DNA from: Octopus sinensis
Taxonomy: Eukaryota
Direction: 5' to 3'
DNA length: 64,000 bases
NCBI RefSeq assembly: GCF_006345805.1
Contig: NC_043019.1
Location: forward strand, 14,259,360 to 14,323,359
Below are positions 1 to 13,145 of the stretch, one piece after another; the first letter of the stretch is position 1, and every line of letters begins with the position of its first letter. The position numbers and the translations under genes are program-made. A model generated the notes under the pieces. It did no database searches. It was not told the DNA's origin and saw only the letters and a list, made by a program, of their open reading frames with translations.

Positions 1-214
1 TTGCAGCCTTTGGTTTGTTGGTTTTTTTATCTGCCATGAATCGTTTGTTATTTCATCTCTCAACAATGCAGTAACAGTATCTACTCTAAGCTTATTTTAC
101 GATGTTTTAATGGTAAACAATACCGTCTCTTGGCTGCAGTCACTACTGCAGTAAAATAAACACTATCCACATCCGAGCAGTTCAGAAGAGACAAACTAGT
201 CAATTTACCATTAC

Positions 215-500
215 TGTTGTTGTTATTGTTGTTGTTGGTGGTGGTGTTACCACTGTCGTCGTCTTGGCTCAGGGTTGGTTTTATTCCTTGTGGAATTTAT
301 ATGGGTGTCGGGTTACTCACTGTAACTTTAGATGTCCACATGATTTCAATAAGGCATCAAGTGCTCAAAACCCTTGTGATGTTCTTTCCTGTTCCTAATT
401 GAGGCGAACCATCTCTAGAAGCTCTACAAGACATTCCATTCCAGTCTCCTTTTTGTATTTGTGTATTTCATCACTGACAGGCCCTAATGCACCAATTACC
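215..500 (-). mobile_element. 3' fragment of an R4/Dong-like (RLE) non-LTR retrotransposon
   Basis: Minus strand reads VIGALGPVSDEIHKYKKETGMECLVELLEMV, one frameshift, then LGTGKNITRVLST*, matching the RLE C-terminal motifs (IGALG ... LGT..I.R.L). It has an (AAC)-rich tail and abuts (TAA)n at 505-572. Confidence 0.7.
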
Positions 501-526
501 AATTATCATTATTATTAATATTATTA

Positions 527-565
<39 letters not shown>

Positions 566-707
566 TATTATTATGCCAAGGAAGTTGACTTGGTCTTTCA
601 TCATTTTGGGGTTGATAAAATAAGTACCAGTTAAACACTGGGGTTGATGTAATCAAAATTGCTGTACATTTAGAAACAGTCAGTTATAGGTTTTCAGCAC
701 TTTTTTG

Positions 708-1294
708 TAAGACCCCCTTCAGTCATGAAAGTTACCCTCCCAGGCACAAGTCTGGGCAAGGTTGTTAATGGAAGACCAGCAGTCGTCCATGGATACCACG
801 CCACTGATGTTATCCAAGGGAAAGGCAAAGGGGCCGATACAGCTTGGCACCAGTGACACCGCAACTCAATTCTACAGCTGAGTGAACTGGAGCAACGTGA
901 AATAAAGTGTCTTGCCCAAGAACACAACACATAGCCCAGTCCAGGAATTGAACTCACAAAGATCTCCTTTGGTAAAGAGAGACCATGGGATTACACCTAG
1001 AGAAGTACCCTCCGAGGCGCAAGTCCAGGTAAATTTGCTTACGGAAGACCAGCAGCCGCCCATGCATACCAGCCTCCACTCTCCACATCCCTGATGTTAT
1101 CCAAGGGAAAGGCAAAGGGGCTGATACAGCTTGGCACCAGTGACATTGCAACCCATTTCTACAGATGAGTGAACTGGAGCAACGTGAAATAAAGTGTCTT
1201 GCTCAAGAACACAACACAAGCTTAGTCTAGGAATCGAACTCACTATCTCATGATTGCAAGCCTGACGCTCTAACCACCAAGCCATGTGCCTTCA
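708..1294 (-). mobile_element. tRNA-derived SINE family A, head-to-tail dimer
   Basis: tRNA-like head (TGGCTTGGTGGTTAGAGCG...GTTCGATTCC on minus). The second unit is joined at the B-box (junction near 955-965). Confidence 0.8.
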
Positions 1295-1943
1295 CTAAGG
1301 TTTACAGCACTAAACCTACCATATTCCATTCTGGTATTAGACCATAATCCACACTCAGCTACATGGTGCTTTTTTCTGAACATGGTGTAATATGGAGGTC
1401 AAGGCATGTTTCAGTTTGCCATCTGATTTATCTGGTATTTTTTTGTTTTTTTTCGTAAATCTGTGTGGGCGGGTTATTTGGAAAAGAGATTAGTAAGTTG
1501 GGTTTAGCTTTCTGAGTTTTATATATTTATCTATATATCCATTGCACATCCGTATCTGCTGTAAGCCTCTCCTTGTCTTTCTCTTTCTCTCTCTTTCTAT
1601 CATATTTCTGTCTCTCTATCTAGTGTATGTCTAATCTTTCCTTATTATATTCCTATCTCCATATCATATCATTCTTACTCTTAATTCTTCCTTTAGTGTC
1701 TGGTTTTAGCTATGATGTATATCTATCTTTCTGTCTGTCATTCTACTCTCTCTCTCTCTCTCTCTCTCTTGTCTGTCTCTCTATCATATCTTTCTTTTAA
1801 TTCTTCCTTCGGTGTCTAATTCCGGCTATAATGTCCATCTGTTTCTCTCTGTCTTTCACTCTAATCTCTTTCTCTTTCCTCCTATTCTTTCATACTATGA
1901 AAATCCTTGAACACTCTTTACGACTGTTTCAAGCAATTTTCTA

Positions 1944-1946
<3 letters not shown>

Positions 1947-2034
<88 letters not shown>

Positions 2035-2340
2035 CTCTCTCTCGCTCTCTCTTTCTCTCTCTCGCTCTCTCTTTCTCTCTCTCTCTTTCTCTCTCTCTCT
2101 TTCTCTCTCTCTCTAGCTCTCTCTTTCTCTCTCTCCCTCCCTCTCTCTCTCTTTTACTCTTTCTTTCTCTCTCTCCCTCTCTTTCTTTCTCTCTCTCCCT
2201 CTATCTCTCTCTCTCTCTCTCTCTCTAGCTCTCTTTCTTTCTCTCGCTCTCTCTTTCTCTCTCTCCCTCTATCTCTCTTTCTTTCTCTCTCTCTCTTTAT
2301 CTCTCCTTCTCTCTCTCCCTCTCTCTCCCTCCCCTCTCTC
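1947..2340. repeat. (CT)n microsatellite
   Basis: Direct sequence. Confidence 0.95.
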
Positions 2341-2758
2341 AGTTTCCCCAACCCCTCATCGCACAATTTATGAGCCAAGAAGTTATGCTCTTCCATGCTG
2401 TGTAGAATTATCAAAATATGTTTGCTCGAAACAGGTTTGCATCACAATTGAATTAAAAAACCATAGAAAATAGAAAATAGGAAAAATATTTAAAATTCCA
2501 TAATTTGCATAAATGAATAAATATGTTTATATTTGAATACTTCTCTAAAATTTGTTGCATTTCTCTGATACAACATGAAGGGGCATGGTGCGGACATGAC
2601 AGAATGGTTAAGATGCTTGGTTTTGGAAGCCTGTGGCATCAAGGTTCAGTTCCACTGTCCAGCACCTTGGGCAAGTGTTTTTTTTCTACTATAGCTTCTG
2701 GCTGACCAAGATCTTGTGAGTGAATTTGCCATGTGGAAACTGTGTGGAAGCCTGTCAT

Positions 2759-2794
<36 letters not shown>

Positions 2795-3489
2795 ACACAT
2801 AATGATTCCAATAATGATGTCTGAGGATGTAAATGAGCAATAAATATTTTACTTTACTTTTTATTTTATTGTGTGTGTTTGAAAAATTGTTCACAAACCA
2901 AGATTTCACTGTGTGTGTGTGTGTGTGTGTGTGTGTATCATGGAGCCTTGTGGAGCTTTAGGTATTTTCGCTCAATAAACACACACTGCCAGCTTCGCCT
3001 GGCCCCCGAGCTGGTGGCACATAAAAAGCACCATCCGACCGTGGCCGTTTGCCAGCACCACATAAAAAGCACCCATTACGCTCACGGAGTGGTTGGCGTT
3101 AGGAAGGGCATCCAGCTGTAGAAACATTGCCAGATCAGACTGGGCCTGGTGCAGCCTTCTGGCTTCCCAGACCCCAGTCGAACCATCAACCCATGCTAGC
3201 ATGGAAAGCGGACGCTAAATGATGATGATGATGATGAACGCCCGGTCTGGGAATCAAAACCATGATCCTCCGACCGTGAGTCCGCTCCACTAACCACTGC
3301 GCCATTGCACCTCCACACACAGTAATATACAGTGATTATATGTATGTAGATGGTGTTACATAAGGATCATCATCATATAAGGTCCATTTTCCATGCTGGC
3401 ATGGGTTGGATGGTTTGACGGAAGCTGACAAGCCTGGTACAGATCTCTGACTTGCCAGCTCAACATCAGGCATCACATACAGCTCTCTT

Positions 3490-4073
3490 ATTTACTTATT
3501 ACCCACAAGGGGCTAAACATAGACAGGACAAACAAGGACAGACAAACGGATTAAGTCGATTACATTGACCCCAGTGCGTAACTGGTACTTAATTTATCGA
3601 CCCTGAGAGGATGAATGGCAAAGTCGACCTCGGCGGAATTTGAACTCAGAACGTGACGGCAGACGAAATACCTATTTGTTTACTACCCACAAGGGGCTAA
3701 ACACAGAGAGGACAAACAAGGACAGATAAACGGATTAAGTCGATTATATCGACCCAGTGCATAACTGGTACTTATTTAATCGACCCTGAAAGGATGAAAG
3801 GCAAAGTCGACCTCAGTGGAATTTGAACTCAGAATGTGAAGACGGGTGAAATACCTATTTCTTTACTACCCACAAGGGGCTAAACACAGAGGGGACCAAT
3901 GGATTAAGTTGATTACATCGACTCCAGTGCGTAACTGGTACTTAATTTATTGACCCTGAAAGGATGAAAGGCAAAGTCGACCTCGGTGGAATTTGAACTC
4001 AGAACGTAGCGGCAGACGAAATACTGCTAGGCATTTCGCCCGGCGTGCTAACATTTCTGCCAGCTTGCCGCCT
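3490..4073 (-). mobile_element. SINE family C (Nin/Deu-like domain), trimer
   Basis: Three tandem units with GCCTTTCATCCTTTC.GGGTCGAT...AAGTACCAG (minus). Only one unit retains the GGCGGCAAGCTGGCAGAA head. Confidence 0.8.
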
Positions 4074-4580
4074 TGACATACAGCTCTCTTGCTCTGCATG
4101 TGCCATGCATGCAGCCTAGCTGAGGACCGATCATAGCATGCACTATAAAAGGCAGTGGTTCTATGTATATGCACTTCTGTGAGTCCACATGTTTGTGTGT
4201 GTTTGCATGTGTGTGGTTTTACAAAAACTGTCGTGTCAAAGATTTGAAATGGTGCAATTATTGTTGCATGTATTGATTTCTATTCTTTAGAAATCTAATG
4301 AAAATTCTATAAGCTCTTTTCATCTGAAGTAGTTTATCTAAAATTCTAAAACACCATCCAGAGGAGAGAACATCAGAGGTTGTAGTCATGTTTCATGTCG
4401 ACCATTTTGAAACATTTGCATATCAAAACCTTCCTCTTTCCTCTCTGCATATTTTTCTCTGCTGTCTCCATGTATTAACTCTTTTCTAAATAGTCTTTGA
4501 CATATGATCTTCCCAGGAGATGTATGCTCATCCATACTTCCTCTCAATAGCCTTAGATCATTTCCTTTAGACAGTGGACA

Positions 4581-4856
4581 TTATTACCGAACACGCAGAC
4601 AGACAGAGCCAAAGATAAGGGCAGCTACTTCTAAGTGACTGCTCACCCTGCTAGAAAGAACAGTCAAATCGTCCTTAAATTGCATCCTACAAAAGGGAGA
4701 TTATTCATTGTTATCATCATCATCATTATTACTGAACACGCAGACAGACAGAGCCAAAGATAAGGGCAGCTACTTCTAAGTGACTGCTCACCCTGCTAGA
4801 AAGAACAGTCAAATCGTCCTTAAATTGCATCCTACAAAAGGGAGATTATTCATCAT
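4581..4856. repeat. Tandem direct duplication, period about 145 bp
   Basis: TTATTAC(C/T)GAACACGCAGACAGACAGAGCC...GGGAGATTATTCAT starts at both 4581 and 4726. Confidence 0.9.
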
Positions 4857-4956
4857 TATCATCATCATCATCATTGTTTAACGTCCACTTTCCATGCTGG
4901 CATGGGTTGGACGATTTTGACTGAGGGCTGGCGAACCAGATGGCTGCACCAGGCAT

Positions 4957-5147
4957 GTGACTGCTGCCATGCTGGAGCACCACCTTTAGTCGAGCAAATC
5001 GACTCCAGGACTTATTCTTTGTAAGCCTAGTACTTATTCTGTTGGTGTCTTTTGCCGAACCGCTAAGTTACGGGGACATAAACACACCAGCATTGGTTGT
5101 CAAGCAATGTTGGGGGGACAAACACAAACATACACACACACATACAT

Positions 5148-5198
<51 letters not shown>

Positions 5199-5363
5199 CG
5201 ACGGGCTTCTTTCAGTTTCTGTCTACCAAATCTACTCACAAGGCTTTGGTCGGTCCGAGGCTATAGTAGAAGACACTTACCCAAGGTGCCACGCAGTGGG
5301 ACTGAACTTAGAACCGTGTGGTTCGTAAGCAAGTTACTTACCACAAGCCACTCCTACGCCTAT
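4957..5363 (-). mobile_element. SINE family B (tRNA head, internal TA/TG microsatellite)
   Basis: Reverse complement of GGAGTGGCTGTGTGGTAAG...GGCACCTTGGG(C/T)AAGTGTCTTCTACTATAGCC; many copies in the window. Confidence 0.8.
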
Positions 5364-6039
5364 AGCTTGTTTGGACTGAATATGGTATGAATGTGGTACT
5401 TATTTTATCGGCCTCTTTTGCTGAACCACCAAGTTACAAAATCATAAACATAGGAACACCAGTTGTCAAGCAATAGTGGAGGGCAAACACACATACACAC
5501 ACACACACACTCAATCACTCACACACACACACACACACACACATATACATACATACATATGACAGGCTGCTTTCAGTTTCTGTCTACCAAATCCACTCAT
5601 TAGGCTTTGGTCAATCCCAGGCCGCAGCAGAAGACATTTGCCCAAGGTGCCACACAGTGGGATTGAACCTTGAACCATGTGATTGGGAAGGAAGCTTTTT
5701 ACCACACAGCCGCACCTGCGCCTATAAGAAGTTATTTATTGGTTTACAACACCAAGTATGTCAGTGTCCACTTAACAAAGCAAAATATTCGTGAGTGGAT
5801 TTTGAACTATTGCTACACGTATAATGGTAATATATATCACGGGTTTTATGGCTCGTGGGTTGAGATTGTAAATGCCAACTCATTTCGTAATATGTTCTGT
5901 CTGTTATATAAGAAGGGAATTTCACACATTTTACTTTGGTCTCTTCTGGAATTACTAAGAATGAAATGATTTAAAAAAAGAAGAACAAGAGAAAAAGAAT
6001 TAGATTCTGAGAAAACAGGTAATGGACTACACCAACACA

Positions 6040-6650
6040 CATTTATATGTGTATTTGTGTGTGTGTGTGGATGTATAGTATGTGTATATGTGAGTATGTA
6101 TATATATATGTGCATATGTATATAAATATATATGTGTGTATGTATGTGTGTGTATGTATATATATATGTATGTATGTATGTGTGTGTATGTATATATATG
6201 TGTGTGTGTGTGTATGTATGTGTGTGTATGTATATATATGTGTGTGTGTGTGTGTATGTATATATATATATATGTATATATATGTGTGTGTGTGTATGTA
6301 TATATATATGTGTGTGAGTATATATGTGTGTGTGTGTATGTGTATATATGTATATGTGTATATATGTATATGTGTATATATGTATATGTATATATATGTA
6401 TATGTGTATATATGTATATGTATATATATGTATATGTGTGTATATGTATATGTATATATATGTATATGTGTGTATATGTATATGTGTGTATATGTATATG
6501 TGTGTATATGTATATGTGTGTATGTGTATATATGTGTATATGTATATCTATATGCATGTATGTATATGTGTATGTATGCATATATGTATGGATATATATA
6601 TATACATGTAGGTATGTAAGTGTGTGCATGCATGTGTGTGTGTGTGTGTG
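6040..6650. repeat. (TA)/(TG) compound microsatellite
   Basis: Direct sequence; source of spurious ORFs. Confidence 0.95.
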
Positions 6651-6659
6651 GAGTATACA

Positions 6660-7180
6660 AAAGGGAATTATCATGTCTTTGGACAGTCAGAGAAAGAGAG
6701 ACTCTTTGAATTCTTCTTGAATCAATTCCCAGTGAATTTGTCTTTGACTTGACTACTTCACTTGGAAATCTCTCTGGTAATCCAGTTTGCATGCATCATA
6801 TTCAATAACATTTTCCGCATTGTGAGTTGACTGCTATGACTGCATTAAGTTGGACATTAGTTGAAAGTCTATCCAGCTCATACTAAGGGACTAATGAATT
6901 ATCTGATGGAAATGAAATAGTACAGTAGTACTATTAATTAATTAAAGTGTACAGTATTATATATCCATTGCAGTTGATCATACTAATTGGTTTCACACAA
7001 GGAGGGTTCAATGGGATGTCAGGTAACAGCCCAATCGCATAACCCTGCGCTCTTCAGAGTCGGCAGTTAAGGAATAGAATATGGCAACTGCTCTCTATTG
7101 CTGGAAGTGAAAAGGCATCCAGTTTGTGGTTGCTGTTATCTAACATCCTGTTGAACCCCTAGTGTGAAACTAATTGACCA
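6660..7180 (+). ncRNA. Putative structured RNA domain with a ~50-bp helix
   Basis: 6984-7039 pairs with 7125-7176 (about 50 pairs, 7 G-U on +, 1 C-A). Crossing helices 6848-6854/6872-6878 and 6855-6862/6889-6896. Confidence 0.6.
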
Positions 7181-7496
7181 CTGGGAGGTGGCCCTCTAAG
7201 TCGCTGGAAATGGAGATCTCCATGTCCAAATTCTTGAACGGCTGTAAAGTGGTTGGTATTAGGAAGGGCATCCAGGTGTGGAAGCCAAGCCAAAACAGAC
7301 AGTGGGACCAGGTGCAACCATTGGCCTTACCAGCTCCTGTCAAGCCATCCAAACCATGCCAGCTTGAAAAACAGATATTAAATGATGACGATGATTATGA
7401 TGATGATTGTTACCTTAATGCAGACAGTATCCTTAATTTCCAATATTCTGTGGAAACAAGTCAGGTCACGGCAAGATATATTACCTTACTTATGGC

Positions 7497-7975
<479 letters not shown>

Positions 7976-8329
7976 AGAGAAAGAGACAGAGAAAGAGAGA
8001 TAAATGTTGGCAACAGGAAGGACATCCAGTCGCAGAAAATTTGCTTCAACAAATTGTGTCCAACCCCTGCAAGCATGGAAAAGTGGATGTTAAATTGATG
8101 ATGATGATGATGGTAGTGGTGGTGATGATTTGTTAGTTTGTTGTATCATTTCTTAAAAAAAATTTACATGAATGGTCGCTTGTTGACAATTACTAGAACT
8201 CCAAGATATCTCTATATTACACAATGAGTTTTCCGATTATTACCATCTGATAAAACTTATCTCTTCCTCTCTATCTGTAGAGCATTGAAGGTCATTAAGT
8301 ATTGTATGTCTGGTTTCAAAATTTTGCTG

Positions 8330-8362
<33 letters not shown>

Positions 8363-8482
8363 ATTTGTACACACATACTCATATATATATTTATATATAT
8401 TAACAACAAAGTAGGAAATTGGAGATTTTTTTTGGTATTATATACCAAAAGCTTTCCAATTTTCTGTTTTGTTATACAATAT

Positions 8483-8930
8483 CTCTCTTTTACTTGTTTC
8501 AGTCATTTAACTGCGGTCATGCTGGAGCACCGCCCGTAGTCGAGCAAATTAACCCCAGGACTTATTCTTTGTAAGCCTAGTACTTATTCTATCGGTCTCT
8601 TTTGCAGAACTGCTAAGTTACAGGGATGTAAACACACCAGCATCAATTGTCAAGCAATGTTGGTGGGACAAACACAGACACACAAACATATACACACACA
8701 TATATATTCTATCGGTCTCTTTTGCCGAACCGCTAAGTAACGGGGACATAAACACACCAGCATCGGTTGTCAAGCAATGCTAGGGGGACAAACACAGACA
8801 CACAAACACATACACATACATACATATATATATATATATATACGACAGGCTTCTTTCAGTTTCTGTCTACCAAATCCACTCACAGGGCTTTGGTCAGCCC
8901 AAGGCTATAGTAGAAGACACTTGCCCAAGG
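8483..8930 (-). mobile_element. SINE family B with internal duplication
   Basis: TATTCTATCGGTCTCTTTTGC segment repeated at about 8585 and 8705. Confidence 0.8.
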
Positions 8931-9396
8931 TAAGCTGACCCCAAGCCTTGTTTTGGACAAAATCATAGAAAAATAAAAACAAAAAAAACAAAGGAACACA
9001 ACAAATTGTTTTTTTACCCCAACCCTGGGGAAATAATTTTCCAATGGGTGATAGCAGGTCAGAAAACCTTTCTATTGCTCTTTTCCCCCCACATTCTTTA
9101 ATATTATCTTAACTTTCACATGCTATCAGTACTACAGTGTTTGGTAGCTTAAAACAATTTGTAATTGTCTTATCAAGGACAAATAATAAGTCAACAAATG
9201 TTGTTGAGGGCTATGTCTTTTGTGCACTCTTAAGTTGTTGGATTGTCTCACTTGCAGTTGCCCTGTTGTGGGTTGTAGTGTTGTTGTTGTTGTTGTCGTC
9301 GGCTGGTTTGAGGTGATAAGTGGTTGAGTTGCCGAATGGAAATATATTTCTCAGGCTGCATGAGGTAATAACTAACAACACCCGCAAACGATTAAC

Positions 9397-9843
9397 ATCA
9401 TCATCATCATCATTTAACATCCGTTTTCCATGCTAGCATGGGTTGGACAGTTCGACTGGGGTCTGGGAAGCCAGAAGGCTGCACCAGGCTCCAGTCTGAT
9501 CTGGCAGTGTTTCTACAGCTGGATGCCCTTCCTAACACCAACCACTCTGTGAGTGTAGTGGGTGCTTTTTATGTGCCACCGACACAGGTGCCAGGGGAGG
9601 CTGGCAATAGCCATGAGTGGTTGGTGCTTTTTACATGCCACTGGCATGGACGCCAGTCAAGGCAGCGCTGGCATCGGCCACATTTGGATGGTGCTTTTTA
9701 CATGCCACCGGCACAGGGGCCAGAGGAGGCTGGAAACGGCCACAATCAGTTGGTGCTTTTTACATGCCACTGGCACGGATGCCAGTCAAGGTGGTGCTGG
9801 TATCGACCACATTCGGATGGTGCTTTTTACATGCCTCTGGCAT
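9397..9843 (-). mobile_element. SINE family D ((GAT)n tail, internal tandem subrepeats)
   Basis: TTAGGAAGGGCATCCAGCTG core, CATGGAAAACGGATGTTAAATGATGATG tail and GGTGCTTTTTACATGCCAC subrepeats. Confidence 0.75.
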
Positions 9844-10372
9844 GAGAATTATTGCACTTAGAGTTTTAACTGTGGTGGTCTTTTAAAAATACTAACTGTA
9901 ATAATTACATACGAGAAGAGACATACTGCTTGGAGTTTATGGCAAGCTTACTGATAGAGCAATCTGTGGCTGATCCATCACGACTGGAAAATAATTGTGC
10001 TATGTTTGTGGCTAAAAAAATTCCTGTCTAGTGTCAGGCATCCGTTTTAACCAGCCGGATGTGGCAAGAATGGAGACACAATGTGAGGCTGCCTCGACAT
10101 TCCAATTACCACCAAAAACTGTTTTTTATAGGACACAAAGAAGATTCTAGAAGATTGAATCATGCAATGGCTTGATGCCGATTGGTTGCTTAATGGACCA
10201 ATCATGTGAAACTACTCGTGGTTTGATTGTGTTGTCTGACTGACTTTTTTTCGAGTGGTTTGGTCTCAAATCGCTGCCTCAGCAGTTTTGTCTCAGCAGG
10301 ATTGAACTCCTAACCATGTAATTGGGAAGTGTATTTCTTAACCACACAGCCATACTTGCACCACAATGGTGT

Positions 10373-10714
10373 TGACCCCCTTTGGTCATGACACTGACCA
10401 TGGGCTTGCACCTAGAAAGTTACCCTCCCAGGCACAAGTCTGGGCAAGGTTGTTTTTATGGAAGACCAGCAGTCGTCCATGCATACCGGCCTCCCCTCTC
10501 CACACCACCAGTGTTATCCAAGGGAAAGGCAAAGGGGCCGATACAGCTTGGCATCTGTGACGTCGTGACTCTTTTCTACAGCTGAGTGAACTGGAGCAAC
10601 GTGAAATAAAGTGTCTTGCTCAAGAACACAACACGTAGCCTGGTCCGGGATTCGAGCTCACAACCTCACGATCGTAAGCTCGCCGCTCTAACCACTGAGC
10701 CATGCACCTTCACT
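10373..10714 (-). mobile_element. SINE family A monomer
   Basis: Intact tRNA-like head and 3' end. Confidence 0.85.
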
Positions 10715-11647
10715 GCACCACAATATCGATTGCAATAAATTCAAAATGCAATATCGTTAGCATTGTTGCAATTTGTTGTATTTGCATTGCAAAGATTTTC
10801 TTAACCATTTTAGATGCCAACCCTCAAGAGACTGCCTCTGCTTCCATGATGCAAACTTCCTCTTTTAAATTGATCGAAATTAAAACCGTCCATCAAAATT
10901 TCATGTTAATTTATGTTTCAGATGTCAGATTAATAATGACAAAGTTATTTTATAAAAATTCTTCGTTATTTTCAAAAATTTATTGAAACAAAGGCAATCT
11001 ATTTTAGCAGAAATCTGGTAACAAAAAGATTCTTTCTTGGTCTAATTATGATCTATTGATTTTTGAACAAACTAGGAAACTAATAATTAAAATATTGGCA
11101 GTTTGAATCTTCGTTTTCTTTTTAATTGACAGTGGTAATAATTGTTTCCAATTTAGGCAAAAGGCCAACAATTATGAAAAAGGGTGGTTGGTTAGTCAAT
11201 ACCATTGGCTCCGGTATGAAACTGGTATTCTTTATCAGTCCCAGAGGGATGAAGAAAATAAAATCAATGATCTCGGCAGGATTTGAACTCAGAATGTAAG
11301 GAGCTAAAAGAAATACCACAAGACATTTTTTTCCCCAACACTCTACTTTTTTTTTTTTCTTTTTCGCCCTTTTCAAGCTTAGTCTGGCTCCTGGGCCCGT
11401 TTTCCCGGTTTCTGTGGCGTATGTGTTCCCCCCCCCCAGCTGGACGGGACGCCAGTCCATCGCAGCGTTACTCGAGAAACAGGAAGAAAGAGTGAGAGAA
11501 AGTTGGGGGCGTAAGAGTACAACAAGGGTCGCCATTACTGCTCTGTACCCAATTAACACTTCATTTAGAATCATGCATATATTGAGTTCTACACCAGGTT
11601 ATATTAGTACAGCAATGCCTGAGAAAGCATCCTCTAAAAAAAAAGAC

Positions 11648-11966
11648 TCCGCCGGTTACGACGACGAGGGTCCCAGCTGATACGATCAACGGAACAGCTT
11701 GCTCGTGAAATTAACATGCAAATGGCTGAGCATTCCACAGACACGTGTACCCATAACGTAGTTCTCGGGGATAATCAGCGTGACACAGAGAGTGACAAGG
11801 CTGACCCTTTGAAATACAGGTACAACTCATTTTTGCCAGCTGAGTGGACTGGAGCAACGTGAAATAAAGTGTCTTGCTCAAGGACACAACGCGTCGCCGG
11901 GAATCGAACTCACAACCTTACGATCATGAGCCGAATGCCCTAACCACTAAGCCACGCGCCCTCACA
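11648..11966 (-). mobile_element. tRNA-derived SINE (family A-related)
   Basis: A/B boxes TGGCTTAGTGGTTAG / GTTCGATTCC on minus. Confidence 0.75.
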
Positions 11967-12167
11967 AGGAATCATCCTAGTGACAGGTAAAAGGCACCCA
12001 CTACACTCTTGGAGTGGTTGGCATTAGGAAGGGCATCTGGCTGTAGAAACGAAGCCAAATCAGACTGGAGCCTGGTACAGCTACTCCAACTTACCAATCC
12101 CGATGAAACCATCTAAGCCCTGTCAGCATGGAAAACGGACGCTAAATGATGATGATGATATATGATA

Positions 12168-12615
12168 GGCGGCGAGCTGGCAGAAACGTTAGCATGCCGG
12201 GCGAAATGCGTAGCCGTATTTCGTCTGCCGTTACGTTCTGAGTTCAAATTCCGCCGAGGTCGACTTTGCCTTTCATCCTTTCGGGGTCGATAAATTAAGT
12301 ACCAGTTACGCGCTGGGGTCGATATAATCGACTTAATCCGTCTGTCTGTCCTTGTTTGTCCTCTCTGTGTTTAGCCCCTTGTGGGTAGTAAAGAAATAAG
12401 AAACGTTAGCACGCCAGGCAAAATGCGTAGCCGTATTCCATCTGCCGCTACGTTCTGAGTTCAAATTCCGCCGAGGTCAACTTTGCCTTTCATCCTTTCG
12501 GGGTCGATAAATTAAGTACCAGTTACGCGCTGGGGTCGATGTAATTGACTTAACCCGTCTGTCTGTCCTTGTTTGTCCTCTCTGTTTTTAGCCGCTTGTG
12601 GGTAGTAAAGAAATA
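12168..12615 (+). mobile_element. SINE family C dimer
   Basis: Two tandem units, each ending CTTGTGGGTAGTAAAGAAATA. Confidence 0.85.
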
Positions 12616-12779
12616 GAAACAGATATACGATAGGCTTCTTTCAGTTTCCATCTACCAAATCTATTACAAGGCTTTGGTTGGCCCAAGGTGCCCCACCTTT
12701 GTTGAGTTTTGTTTTCTTTTATCCTGCAGAATGTCCAATAATAACCTGCCTCACCAAGCAAGCTTAGGGGGGGTTGCCG

Positions 12780-13145
12780 GGTTTAGAGATATATAGTGAT
12801 GAAGTATCCAGGTGGTCCCTCAAGATATGACGTGAGTAGAAACGAGTGGGGAACGGAGGAACTAAGTGTGGTTGGGAATGGGGCTTGCAAGAGTGAGATG
12901 GGGAGGGGGGCACAAGGCATGAAGCGGGATGAGAGACGGGAGCGGGGTAGGTTGGCAACAACTAATAATATGTGTGTGTGTGTGTGTATACGCATACATA
13001 CACGCACACACAACCATGAATTCCTTTACACTCGTCTCTGAAAAACATACTCTTGTATAATAATAATAATGTCACGAAAAACCACTTTGAGAACATACGT
13101 ATCGTAATGCGTCTCCCACTCGCGCGCAACACGCAGTCACACACA
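12780..13145 (+). promoter_or_regulatory. Candidate promoter/TSS region
   Basis: Local GC/CpG enrichment, TGACGT half-CRE near 12828, G-rich tract, CGCGCGCAACACGCAGTC (Inr-like) near 13120-13138, start of a roughly 3-kb SINE-free zone. Confidence 0.35.

Noticed and set aside
6027-6792. Long ORFs rich in Y/I/H/T or C/V/Y (also at 24.6, 44, 48.6, 52.2 and 61-62 kb)
   Set aside because: Translations of TA/TG/CA microsatellites, open in many frames
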